In this document: in pieces, positions 45,953 through 53,595 of the stretch
Layout: each line of letters begins with the position of its first letter
How positions within the stretch are numbered: position 1 is the stretch's first letter
Translations under genes and position numbers: made by a program
From: an uncultured delta proteobacterium
GTDB lineage: Bacteria > Myxococcota_A > Polyangia > Polyangiales > Polyangiaceae
Direction: 5' to 3'
Assembly (NCBI GenBank): GCA_963782055.1
Contig: CAWAIF010000003.1
Coordinates: 1,248,001 to 1,312,000, forward strand
Length of the DNA stretch: 64,000 bases
The notes under the pieces: generated by a model
The model's input: the letters and a program-made list of their open reading frames with translations, nothing else
The model's database searches: none
What the model was told of the DNA's origin: nothing

Positions 45953-46495
45953 ATGTCGCCGTCTCGCTCTCGCCAGCCGCTCGTCGCTCACGATGCCCCG
46001 GGCCTCGCCGCCGGGCTCGTCACCCTCATCCCCGACCTGCGCGCCCGCGCGCTGCGCCTCACCGCGTGCGAGGCGACCGCCGACGATCTGGTGCAGGACA
46101 CCGTCGAGCGGGCCCTCCGCTTCTCCGGGCAGTATGCGCTCGGCACCAACCTGCGTGCCTGGGCGCAGCAGATCCTCTTCAGCGTCTTCGTCACCCGGTA
46201 CCGCCGCGTGCGCCGCGAGAAGAACGCGCTCAAGAACCTGACGTTCGATCCCAACGCGTGGACGGGCGAGGACCGCTTCGCCCCGCCGGACGCGCACGCC
46301 GCGCTGACGCGACGCACGCAGGCGAAGCTCGACGCGCTCCCCGGTGGCTTCCGCGCCGTCGTCGAGATGGTCGACCTGCAGCAGCACAGCTACCGCGAGG
46401 CCGCGGAGCGCCTGGGCGTGCCCGTAGGCACCGTCATGAGCCGCCTGCACCGCGGCCGCAAGATGCTCGCCGAGCAGCTCGCGTCCGCCGCCTGA
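45953..46495 (+). CDS. ECF RNA polymerase sigma factor
   Basis: ADDLVQDT region 2 and SYREAAERLGVPVGTVMSRLHRGR region 4. GGAGG RBS. Confidence 0.92.
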   Translation: MSPSRSRQPLVAHDAPGLAAGLVTLIPDLRARALRLTACEATADDLVQDTVERALRFSGQYALGTNLRAWAQQILFSVFVTRYRRVRREKNALKNLTFDPNAWTGEDRFAPPDAHAALTRRTQAKLDALPGGFRAVVEMVDLQQHSYREAAERLGVPVGTVMSRLHRGRKMLAEQLASAA

Positions 46496-46516
46496 CCGCG
46501 AGCTTGCTCGCGGTCA
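46493..46516. terminator. Inverted repeat spanning both convergent stop codons
   Basis: TGACCGCGAGC-TT-GCTCGCGGTCA. Confidence 0.45.
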
Positions 46517-47080
46517 CTTCGCCGCGCGAGGCGTCCAGGGCACGTCGGGTACGCCGCGCGCGTGGTTCTCCACCCGGGCGAGCACGAACAGCAGATCGCT
46601 CAGCCGGTTCAGGTAGATGACCAGCTCCGCGCGCGCGGCCTCCGCGGCGCTCGCCTCCCCCAGCGCCAGCACCGCCCGCTCCGCCCGCCGGCACACCGTG
46701 CGCGCGTGGTGCAGCGCCGCCCCCTGGGGGGACCCGCCGGGCAGCACGAAGGTCTTCAGCGTCTCCAGCCCAGCCTCCCCCTCGTCGATGGCGCGCTCCA
46801 GCCGCTCGGCGTCGGCGGGCGCGAGGCGCGTCATCGGCAGCTTGTCCTCCTTGCCCGGCGCCGTGGCCAGCTCCGCGCCCAGCGCGAAGAGGTCCACCTG
46901 CGCCTCGCCGAGCACCCGCTCCGCCAGCGGCCCGAGCCCGAGGGCGCGCGCCACACCGAGCACCGCGTTGAGCTCGTCGACCGTCCCGTACGCCTCGACG
47001 CGCGCGGACGCCTTCGGCACGCGCGCCCCGCCGAAGAGCCCGGTCGTCCCGTCGTCACCCGTCTTCGTGTAGATCTTCAT
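46514..47080 (-). CDS. pduO: ATP:cob(I)alamin adenosyltransferase, PduO type
   Basis: MKIYTKTGDDGTT, YGTVDELN, RTVCRRAER and YLNRLSDLLF. Confidence 0.95.
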   Translation of the reverse strand: MKIYTKTGDDGTTGLFGGARVPKASARVEAYGTVDELNAVLGVARALGLGPLAERVLGEAQVDLFALGAELATAPGKEDKLPMTRLAPADAERLERAIDEGEAGLETLKTFVLPGGSPQGAALHHARTVCRRAERAVLALGEASAAEAARAELVIYLNRLSDLLFVLARVENHARGVPDVPWTPRAAK

Positions 47081-47183
47081 CGTCCGCGCCAGTCTGGCAC
47101 GGCGAGGGAGAAAAATGGCGGTCGGCTGCAACCGGCCGGGCCACGCGGTCGATGGGGTTCCAGTTCAAGTCAAGGAGCCCACG

Positions 47184-47384
47184 ATGAGCACCCTCTCCCA
47201 GCTCAAGAAGCAGATCGAACAACAGGACGCCCAGATCGAGGCGCTCACGGCCTTCGTGCGCGACCGCAACCTGCGCCTTCCCGCCGAGATGGTGGAGGAG
47301 CTCAACGAGGCCATCGACGCCATCCCCGACGCGCCTGCGGCGGCCAAGGCCCCCATCCCCGTTCCCACCGGCATTCGTGCCTGA
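47184..47384 (+). CDS. Small coiled-coil protein, first gene of the putative translocon operon
   Basis: AAGGAG RBS, 66 aa, helical N-terminal half and Pro-rich tail ending GIRA. Confidence 0.7.
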   Translation: MSTLSQLKKQIEQQDAQIEALTAFVRDRNLRLPAEMVEELNEAIDAIPDAPAAAKAPIPVPTGIRA

Positions 47385-47397
47385 AAGAGAGACTCCC

Positions 47398-48036
47398 ATG
47401 TCAGTCGCCCCCCCCCAACCCGCGCCTTCCGCTCACCCTGCCTCGGCTCCCGCGGACTTCATCGACGACGACTTCTTCACCGCCTGGTGCCAGACTCGAC
47501 TGCTCAGCATGGACTCCCAGATCCGCAGCTTCATGGACGGCCAAAAGGCACTTCAGGACAAGCAGAACCAACTCAACGAACTCAAGAACATGTTCAACAA
47601 CGCCGCGGGGCACGCACCAAAGGACGGGTACGACAAGGGCAGTGCCGAAGGCCTCAAGGCCTATCAAGACCTGGCAAACCAGATCGAGGAGTACGAGAAG
47701 GCGCACAACCTCTCGCCGGACGTGAAGGACCAGTTCGACCAGGCGAAGGCCAGCGTCCAGAGCTGGTATCCGCCGAAGAAGGACGACCAGGGCAACGTGG
47801 TGCGGGATGACGACAAGAAGGTGGTATACGACAACCAGTACGTCAATGCCGACAACATCAAGGCTCTCGGGGAAGGGCTGCAGTCCAGCATCGACAGCTA
47901 CCAGAACGAGGCGAGCATGGACATGCTCCGCATGAACTCGTGCGTCAGCAAGCGCGAGCAAGCGGTTCAGCTCACCAGCAACATGCTCAAGAAGCTCGAT
48001 GACACGGTCTCGGCCGCCATCGCCAACATCAGGTGA
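47398..48036 (+). CDS. Putative T3SS tip/filament protein (SctA; Bsp22/EspA-like)
   Basis: Pro/Ser/Ala-rich N-terminus, coiled coil, and C-terminal SMDMLRMNSCVSKREQAVQLTSNMLKKLDDTVSAAIANIR resembling tip-filament C-terminal helices. Confidence 0.7.
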   Translation: MSVAPPQPAPSAHPASAPADFIDDDFFTAWCQTRLLSMDSQIRSFMDGQKALQDKQNQLNELKNMFNNAAGHAPKDGYDKGSAEGLKAYQDLANQIEEYEKAHNLSPDVKDQFDQAKASVQSWYPPKKDDQGNVVRDDDKKVVYDNQYVNADNIKALGEGLQSSIDSYQNEASMDMLRMNSCVSKREQAVQLTSNMLKKLDDTVSAAIANIR

Positions 48037-48043
48037 GCCCGCC

Positions 48044-49048
48044 ATGAAGATCCAATCCTTCGTCCCGCAACCCACCTGGCTCGAAGGCCCTGACGGGGCG
48101 GGGCCGGCCAGCTCGGGCGACGACGACATCGGTTCCATCTCGCTCGACGACGCGATGACCGTGCTCGTCGGCATGGTCGACAAGCAGTCCTCCGACCAGG
48201 CGCGCAACGCCCAGAAGCAGGCGGCCGGGATGGCCAGCCTGCGCAAGGGGATGACCAAGCGCATCCAGGAAGCCCTCGAGGAGAAGCTCAAGAACGAGGG
48301 CGGCAAGGGCATCTTCGATTCCGTCAGCGATCTGGTGACGGACGTCACCAAGGATCTCTTCACCGGCCACATCGCCGACGCCTTCAACGACTGCGGCGGC
48401 GATCTCGACAAGATGGTCAACAGCCCCAAGTTCTGGGGCGACGTGAAGCAGATCGCGATGGCGGTCGCCGAGGCGGCGGCCACCATCGGGTCCATCGCGT
48501 CCTTCGGGACGGCGAGCGCGGGGGCCGCGGCGCTCATCGCGGTCGGGATCGCCATGTCGGCCACTGGCTTCGCCGAGAGCAACTTCCAGGTGCTCGAGAA
48601 GATGGGCGCCGACCCCGAGGTCGCCAAGTGGGTGGGCGTCGGTGTCGCCATCGGCGGCGCCGCATGCTCGTGCGGCGCAGGACTCGTCAACGCGGGCACC
48701 GCGGCCGGGTCGGCCGCCGACGCGGCGACGCAGGGCACGGACGCGGCGGCGCAGGCGAGCTCCACCGCCTCCCGGGTCGGCGGCGCCATGTCGGCTGTCG
48801 GCGGGGGCGCGTCGATCGTGGGCGGGGGCGCCGGCATCGCAACGTCGGTCTTCGCGTACGACGCCACGCAGGCCGAGATCGCTGCGGAGAAGGCGCGCCA
48901 GCACTCGGCGTTCATCGAGCGCCTCGCAGAAGCGATCGTGGCCGACCTGAAGGCGGACGAGAAGCGCAACGAGAAGGACCGTCAGACGGCGGTCAAGGGT
49001 GTCGAGGCCTCCAACCAGACGCAGCTCGCTGCAGTCATGAGGGTATGA
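48044..49048 (+). CDS. Putative major hydrophobic T3SS translocator (SctE; YopB/IpaB/BopB-like)
   Basis: N-terminal coiled coil, KGIFDS motif, long Gly/Ala-rich hydrophobic segments and C-terminal amphipathic coiled coil. No Sec signal. Confidence 0.7.
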   Translation: MKIQSFVPQPTWLEGPDGAGPASSGDDDIGSISLDDAMTVLVGMVDKQSSDQARNAQKQAAGMASLRKGMTKRIQEALEEKLKNEGGKGIFDSVSDLVTDVTKDLFTGHIADAFNDCGGDLDKMVNSPKFWGDVKQIAMAVAEAAATIGSIASFGTASAGAAALIAVGIAMSATGFAESNFQVLEKMGADPEVAKWVGVGVAIGGAACSCGAGLVNAGTAAGSAADAATQGTDAAAQASSTASRVGGAMSAVGGGASIVGGGAGIATSVFAYDATQAEIAAEKARQHSAFIERLAEAIVADLKADEKRNEKDRQTAVKGVEASNQTQLAAVMRV

Positions 49049-49755
49049 ACATGAAGATCCAACCCAACCTGACCTCCGTGCAGTTCACGGGTGTCGAGGA
49101 CACGGCGACCGAGGTGGCGATGCTGGCCCTGAAGATGGGCACCGACGCCAAGCACAACGCCGAGCAGGAGCGCGACGCCGAGGAGCGGCTTCAGGCCGCC
49201 GCGGAGCACAACCAGCTCCAGGCGATGCAGGACAAGGCGACGACCGCGCTCGTCGGAGGCATCGCGAGCGGTACGCTCTCGATGGCGAGCGGCGCGATGC
49301 AGGTCGCCTCTGCGTCGGCCAATCCGAAGGCCGTGATTCGGGAGCGCCAGGGGCGCCTCTCCGACACCGAGAAGTCGCAGGTGATCGCCAAGGCGGAGAC
49401 GACTCGTGGCCAGTGCCTCACGGATGCCGCCAAGGCGGACGTGCTGGCAAGGGCTTCCGCGGACAAAGCGGCGCGGGCGAGCGTCGCCGGCTCGTCGGAG
49501 GTGCTCGGCGCCGAGGCGTCCACGCTGCAGGCGGGGAGCAAGCTGGTCGACGGTGTCTCGAACGGCGTGCAGCAGTACTTCGACGCCGACGCTCAGCGGG
49601 CCGAGACGCAGGCCCACAGCGCCTCACGCGAGGTGGACAAGGCGAACGACGAGGTGCACGGCGCGCAGTCGCTCGTCGATCAGTCGATCGAGGCGGCTCG
49701 CGAGGTGCAGAACACCAACAACGAGGTGTTGCTGCTCACCGCGCGAATGGCGTGA
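49045..49755 (+). CDS. Putative minor T3SS translocator (SctB; YopD/IpaC/BopD-like)
   Basis: ATGA overlap (alternative start 49051), coiled coil, single hydrophobic segment ALVGGIASGTLSMASGAM and C-terminal amphipathic helix. Confidence 0.65.
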   Translation: MNMKIQPNLTSVQFTGVEDTATEVAMLALKMGTDAKHNAEQERDAEERLQAAAEHNQLQAMQDKATTALVGGIASGTLSMASGAMQVASASANPKAVIRERQGRLSDTEKSQVIAKAETTRGQCLTDAAKADVLARASADKAARASVAGSSEVLGAEASTLQAGSKLVDGVSNGVQQYFDADAQRAETQAHSASREVDKANDEVHGAQSLVDQSIEAAREVQNTNNEVLLLTARMA

Positions 49756-49758
49756 GCC

Positions 49759-50547
49759 TCACGCGCGGAAGATGCCCGCGACCTCTTCCGCCAGGGCCTG
49801 CTCGGTCACCTTCTTCGCGAAGGCGAGCTCCTTCATCAGCAGGCTCTTCGCGCGGTCCAGCAGGTGGCGCTCGCCGAAGGAGAGGTCCTTGTCGAACTTG
49901 AGGCGGTGCATGTCGCGCAGGACCTTGGCCACCTCGTGCGGGGAGCCGCTCTGCACCATCTCGGTGTAGGCGCGGAAGCGGCGGCTCCACGGCTGCAGGT
50001 CCACCGCCACCTCGCGCGCGCGCATGGTCGCGAGGACGGCGTCGGCCTCCTTGGAGCTCATGATGCCGCGCAGGCCCGCCTGGCTGGCGGCGTTGGTCGG
50101 GACCATGACCTTCATCCCGTTGTCCAGGATGCGCAGGACGTAGAACATGCCCTTCGTCCCGCCGAGCTCGCGGTGCTCGATGGCGGTGACCTCGCCCACG
50201 CCGTGCTTCGGGTGGACGGCCTTGTCGCCGATCTTGAAGTTCACCTTGCGGGCGGGCGGCATCGGGGGAGCGGGCGGGAGGACCGAGCCATTCCGCACGG
50301 GGGCCATGATGACGGGCGCGGGCGCGGGCGGGGGCTTGGAAGCCACGGCGGTGCGCGCCGCCGTCTTGGGGCGACCGGCGGGGGGCGTGGAGACGGGCCG
50401 GCGCGCCGGGGAGGCCGGGCGGCTGACGGCGTGGACGTTGGCGCTCTTGGGGGCGGCCTTGCGGGTGGCCTTGGCGGGGGTGGCGGTGGGGCGCGTGGTG
50501 CGCGCGCGGGCGGCGGTGCGGGCGGAAATTCGGGGCATGTTGCTCAT
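49759..50547 (-). CDS. CarD/CdnL-family transcription factor with basic N-terminal extension
   Basis: FKIGDKAVHPKHGVGEV, KVMVP, WSRRFR and LSFGERHLLDRAKSLL. Confidence 0.9.
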   Translation of the reverse strand: MSNMPRISARTAARARTTRPTATPAKATRKAAPKSANVHAVSRPASPARRPVSTPPAGRPKTAARTAVASKPPPAPAPVIMAPVRNGSVLPPAPPMPPARKVNFKIGDKAVHPKHGVGEVTAIEHRELGGTKGMFYVLRILDNGMKVMVPTNAASQAGLRGIMSSKEADAVLATMRAREVAVDLQPWSRRFRAYTEMVQSGSPHEVAKVLRDMHRLKFDKDLSFGERHLLDRAKSLLMKELAFAKKVTEQALAEEVAGIFRA

Positions 50548-50642
50548 GGGGTGAGGGCCACTCGTTAGGGGCGAACGACCGGTCTGACGAGCCCTGGACG
50601 GGCTCGGGGGGCAGGATGGTCTGCCTTCCAACGGGGGGGGCT

Positions 50643-50672
50643 CCCCTAACATTCCCGGGCCATACCCGTCAA
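50643..50672 (-). promoter_or_regulatory. sigma70/SigA-like promoter of the CarD-family gene
   Basis: TTGACG-N18-TAGGGG on the minus strand. Confidence 0.45.
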
Positions 50673-50679
50673 CGGCCCC

Positions 50680-51747
50680 CTAATAGCTCATGATTTCTTG
50701 AATTTGCGCGGAGGTCGCCGCGCGGACCCCGCGGACGAGCTCAAGGGCGTCCACCGTGAGGGTGACGGTGAGGGCCTCGGGGGACGTGTGCAGGTCCGGT
50801 CCGCGGCGGGGGCGATCCACCCCGCTGAGGCGTCCGAGGCCGCTGTGGGCGATGGTGTTCAGGGCTGCGGCGAAGCAATCCCCCGCCGTTTTGGCGTCAT
50901 TTCCCCACGCGCCGAGGAGGGTGACGGTCACGTCGAGGGCGGCCCCCGGCTCATCGCTAGCATGCTCGCGGTCGTCCCCGGCAGGCCGGACGGCGATGCC
51001 CACCGCGGTCGCCGCCTTCAGCAGCCCCGCCAGCCCCTCCTGCGCATCGCCCTCGAACGGGCCGGCGAAAAATATGCGTACGGGCGCCGGCCCCAGAAGG
51101 GCGGAGGCGGACTGCAGAGGTGGGGTCCTCAGGACGGGCCGTGCCTTCTTCAGCCTGTGCAGGGCGAACAGCTCGGCCGCCCGAACTGGGCCCGCTGCCC
51201 AGGGAGCCGAGGGGTCCTTCGGCGCCGGGAGCAGGTCGAGCGCCGCCGCCTGGTGACCGAAGAGCACAAGCTCCTCGCGGCCGTCGGTCATGGTGCCGCG
51301 GAGGCGGATGACGGTGGAGAGCGGGCCCCCGCGATGGTCGACGAAGCGGGCGTCCACGCTCATCGCGCGCCGTCCGAAGGAGGCCTCCTCCTTGGCCGGG
51401 TCCAGCACGCCGCGCGCGAGCACCAGCGTCGCCCGGGGATAGGTCGCGACGACGATGTCGTCGAGCTGGCGAGGGTCGACGCCGCCGTGGCGAGTGGCGA
51501 AGGTGCGGAAGGAGTCGTCGGGATAGAGCACGTCGAGCACCGGCAAGAGCTCGGCGTGGGCGAGGAGGGCCTTGGGGTGGACCTCGACGAGCGTGGAGAG
51601 GCCCGCCGCCGGGGCGAGGTCGACCGTCGCGGGCAGCGCGATGGCGGTCTCCGTCGCCTTCGGCGTGGTGGGCGTGCCGCCGCACGCGAAAGGGAAGAGC
51701 GCGAGGAGGCCGAGCGCCAGGGAGGCGGCCAGCGGGCGCGCGCTCAC
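50680..51747 (-). CDS. Hypothetical lipoprotein
   Basis: Signal ending FPFAC. Overlaps the tyrS stop. Confidence 0.7.
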   Translation of the reverse strand: MSARPLAASLALGLLALFPFACGGTPTTPKATETAIALPATVDLAPAAGLSTLVEVHPKALLAHAELLPVLDVLYPDDSFRTFATRHGGVDPRQLDDIVVATYPRATLVLARGVLDPAKEEASFGRRAMSVDARFVDHRGGPLSTVIRLRGTMTDGREELVLFGHQAAALDLLPAPKDPSAPWAAGPVRAAELFALHRLKKARPVLRTPPLQSASALLGPAPVRIFFAGPFEGDAQEGLAGLLKAATAVGIAVRPAGDDREHASDEPGAALDVTVTLLGAWGNDAKTAGDCFAAALNTIAHSGLGRLSGVDRPRRGPDLHTSPEALTVTLTVDALELVRGVRAATSAQIQEIMSY

Positions 51748-53006
51748 GCGCCGGCGCCCCGCACGGTGACGTAGGCGAAGCGGCGGTTCTTGGAGCCGAC
51801 GCGCAGGAGGTAGCGCTTGCCCGCCTCGAGCTGGAGCTGCGGATCGGTGACGCGCTTCTGGTCGACCTCGACGCCGCCCTGCTCCACCAGGCGCTTGCCC
51901 TCCCCGGAGGACTTCACCAGACCCGCGGCGGAGAGGGCCTTGGCGATCCAGAGGCTGGGGCCCTCGGTGGGCACGTCGATCTCCGGGACGTCGTCGGGGA
52001 CGGCGTCCTTGCCGTAGACGCGCGCGAACTCCGCGGCGGCGTGGCGCGCCGCCTCCGCGTCGTGGAAGCGGGTCACGAGCTCCTCGGCGAAGAGCGCCTT
52101 GATCTCCATGGGGCTCTTGCCCGCGCGCTTGTCCTGCTTCAGGCGCGCGATCTCCTCGTTGGAGCGGGAGGAGAGCAGCTCGAAGTAACGGAAGATGACC
52201 TCGTCGTCGACCTGCATCACCTTGCGGTGCATCTCGAGCGGGTCCTCCAGCAGGCCGATGGTGTTGCCGGCGCTCTTGGACATCTTCTTGCCGACCACCT
52301 GGCCGTTCTCGATGCGCGCGTCGATGCCCTCCAGGATGGGAGTGGTCATCACCATCTGCCCGCGCTGGCCGTACTTCGGCATGATGTCGCGGCCGACGAG
52401 GAGGTTGAAGAGCTGGTCGGTGCCGCCGAGCTCGATGTCCGCCTTCAGGGCGACGGAGTCGTAGCCCTGGAGCAGCGGGTAGAGGAACTCGTGCTGGTAG
52501 ATGGGCTTGTGCTCGGCGAAGCGCTGGCCGAAGTCGTTGCGCTCCAGCATGCGGGAGACGGTCATCTTCGCCATCAGCTCGACGAGCTCGGACGGCTTGA
52601 GGGCATCAAGCCACTCCGAGTTGTAACGAATCTCCGTCTTGCCCTCCTCCAGGATCTTGAAGGCCTGGTCGGTGTAGGTCTTGGCGGCGGCGCGGACGTC
52701 CTCGCGGGAGAGGCGCGGGCGCAGGTCGTTCTGGCCGGTGGGGTCGCCGACCATCGCGGTGAAGTCGCCCACGAGGAGGATGACCTGGTGGCCGAGGTCC
52801 TGGAACTGCCGCATCTTGGCGAGCAGGACGGCGTGGCCGATGTGCAGGTCGGGGCGGGTGGGGTCGAAGCCGGCCTTCACGCGGAGCGGGGTGCTCGTCT
52901 TCTGCGCGGCGGCGAGGCGCTCCTCCAGCTCGGCGCGGACGTGCAGGTCGACGACGCCGCGCGTGAGCAGGGCCATCTGCTCGGGGATGGGGGCGAAGCT
53001 CGTCAT
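51744..53006 (-). CDS. tyrS: Tyrosine--tRNA ligase
   Basis: GFDPT..HIGH, YPLLQGYD, GGTDQ, KMSKS and an S4 domain. Confidence 0.97.
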   Translation of the reverse strand: MTSFAPIPEQMALLTRGVVDLHVRAELEERLAAAQKTSTPLRVKAGFDPTRPDLHIGHAVLLAKMRQFQDLGHQVILLVGDFTAMVGDPTGQNDLRPRLSREDVRAAAKTYTDQAFKILEEGKTEIRYNSEWLDALKPSELVELMAKMTVSRMLERNDFGQRFAEHKPIYQHEFLYPLLQGYDSVALKADIELGGTDQLFNLLVGRDIMPKYGQRGQMVMTTPILEGIDARIENGQVVGKKMSKSAGNTIGLLEDPLEMHRKVMQVDDEVIFRYFELLSSRSNEEIARLKQDKRAGKSPMEIKALFAEELVTRFHDAEAARHAAAEFARVYGKDAVPDDVPEIDVPTEGPSLWIAKALSAAGLVKSSGEGKRLVEQGGVEVDQKRVTDPQLQLEAGKRYLLRVGSKNRRFAYVTVRGAGA

Positions 53007-53162
53007 GGGACGCTTCTTAGCAGACTCGGGCCGCGAGAAACCCCGACGGCGAGCGCGCTCGCGGCCGCACGTCCGGTACCCGCTCCACGGAAAGGCGCGA
53101 TCATGAACATGCTAATGATCTGGCGCCTGGGTGATCCAGGCCACGCACCCCACCGGGGGGGG

Positions 53163-53483
53163 TCAGCGGTCGTCGTTGTCGTTGCCGCCGGTGATGGGCA
53201 GGTGGCGGCTGCTGTTGACCAGCTCCTTGAGCTCCTTGCCCACCTTGAAGAAGGGCAGGCGCTTGGCCGGCACCGGGACGGGATCGCCCGTGCGCGGGTT
53301 GCGACCGGAGTACGCCTTGTAGGGGCGCACCGTGAAGCTGCCGAAGCCGCGGATCTCGATGCCCTCGCCCTGCTGCAGCGCCTCCGTCATGGCGTCGAAG
53401 ATGCAGTTGACGACCAGCTCCGCCCGGGCCTTCGTCAGGTTGCCGCGTGCAGCCATCGTGTCGATCAGCTCGCTCTTCGTCAT
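53163..53483 (-). CDS. ihfB: Integration host factor subunit beta
   Basis: MTKSELI, IEIRGFGSF, GRNPRTG and PFFKVGKELKE. Confidence 0.88.
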   Translation of the reverse strand: MTKSELIDTMAARGNLTKARAELVVNCIFDAMTEALQQGEGIEIRGFGSFTVRPYKAYSGRNPRTGDPVPVPAKRLPFFKVGKELKELVNSSRHLPITGGNDNDDR

Positions 53484-53566
53484 CCGTGCGCCTCCCGGCC
53501 CCGCGCTCCGTCAACGCGCCCTTCGTGCCGCCGGCCCCCTTCGAAGGAGACCGACCCACTGACGAA

Positions 53567-53595
53567 AAAATGAGGCAAATCGCGGATTAGGTCAA
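53567..53595 (-). promoter_or_regulatory. sigma70-like promoter of ihfB
   Basis: TTGACC-N17-CATTTT on the minus strand. Confidence 0.5.

Noticed and set aside
47095..47110. sigma54 promoter for the translocon operon (TGGCACG)
   Set aside because: The -24 box is good but the -12 position reads GGGA rather than TGC, so support is insufficient.
47100..49760. Mobile element or prophage explanation for the lower-GC operon
   Set aside because: No integrase, transposase, tRNA or flanking direct repeats were seen. The composition may simply reflect K/N/Q/D-rich secreted proteins.
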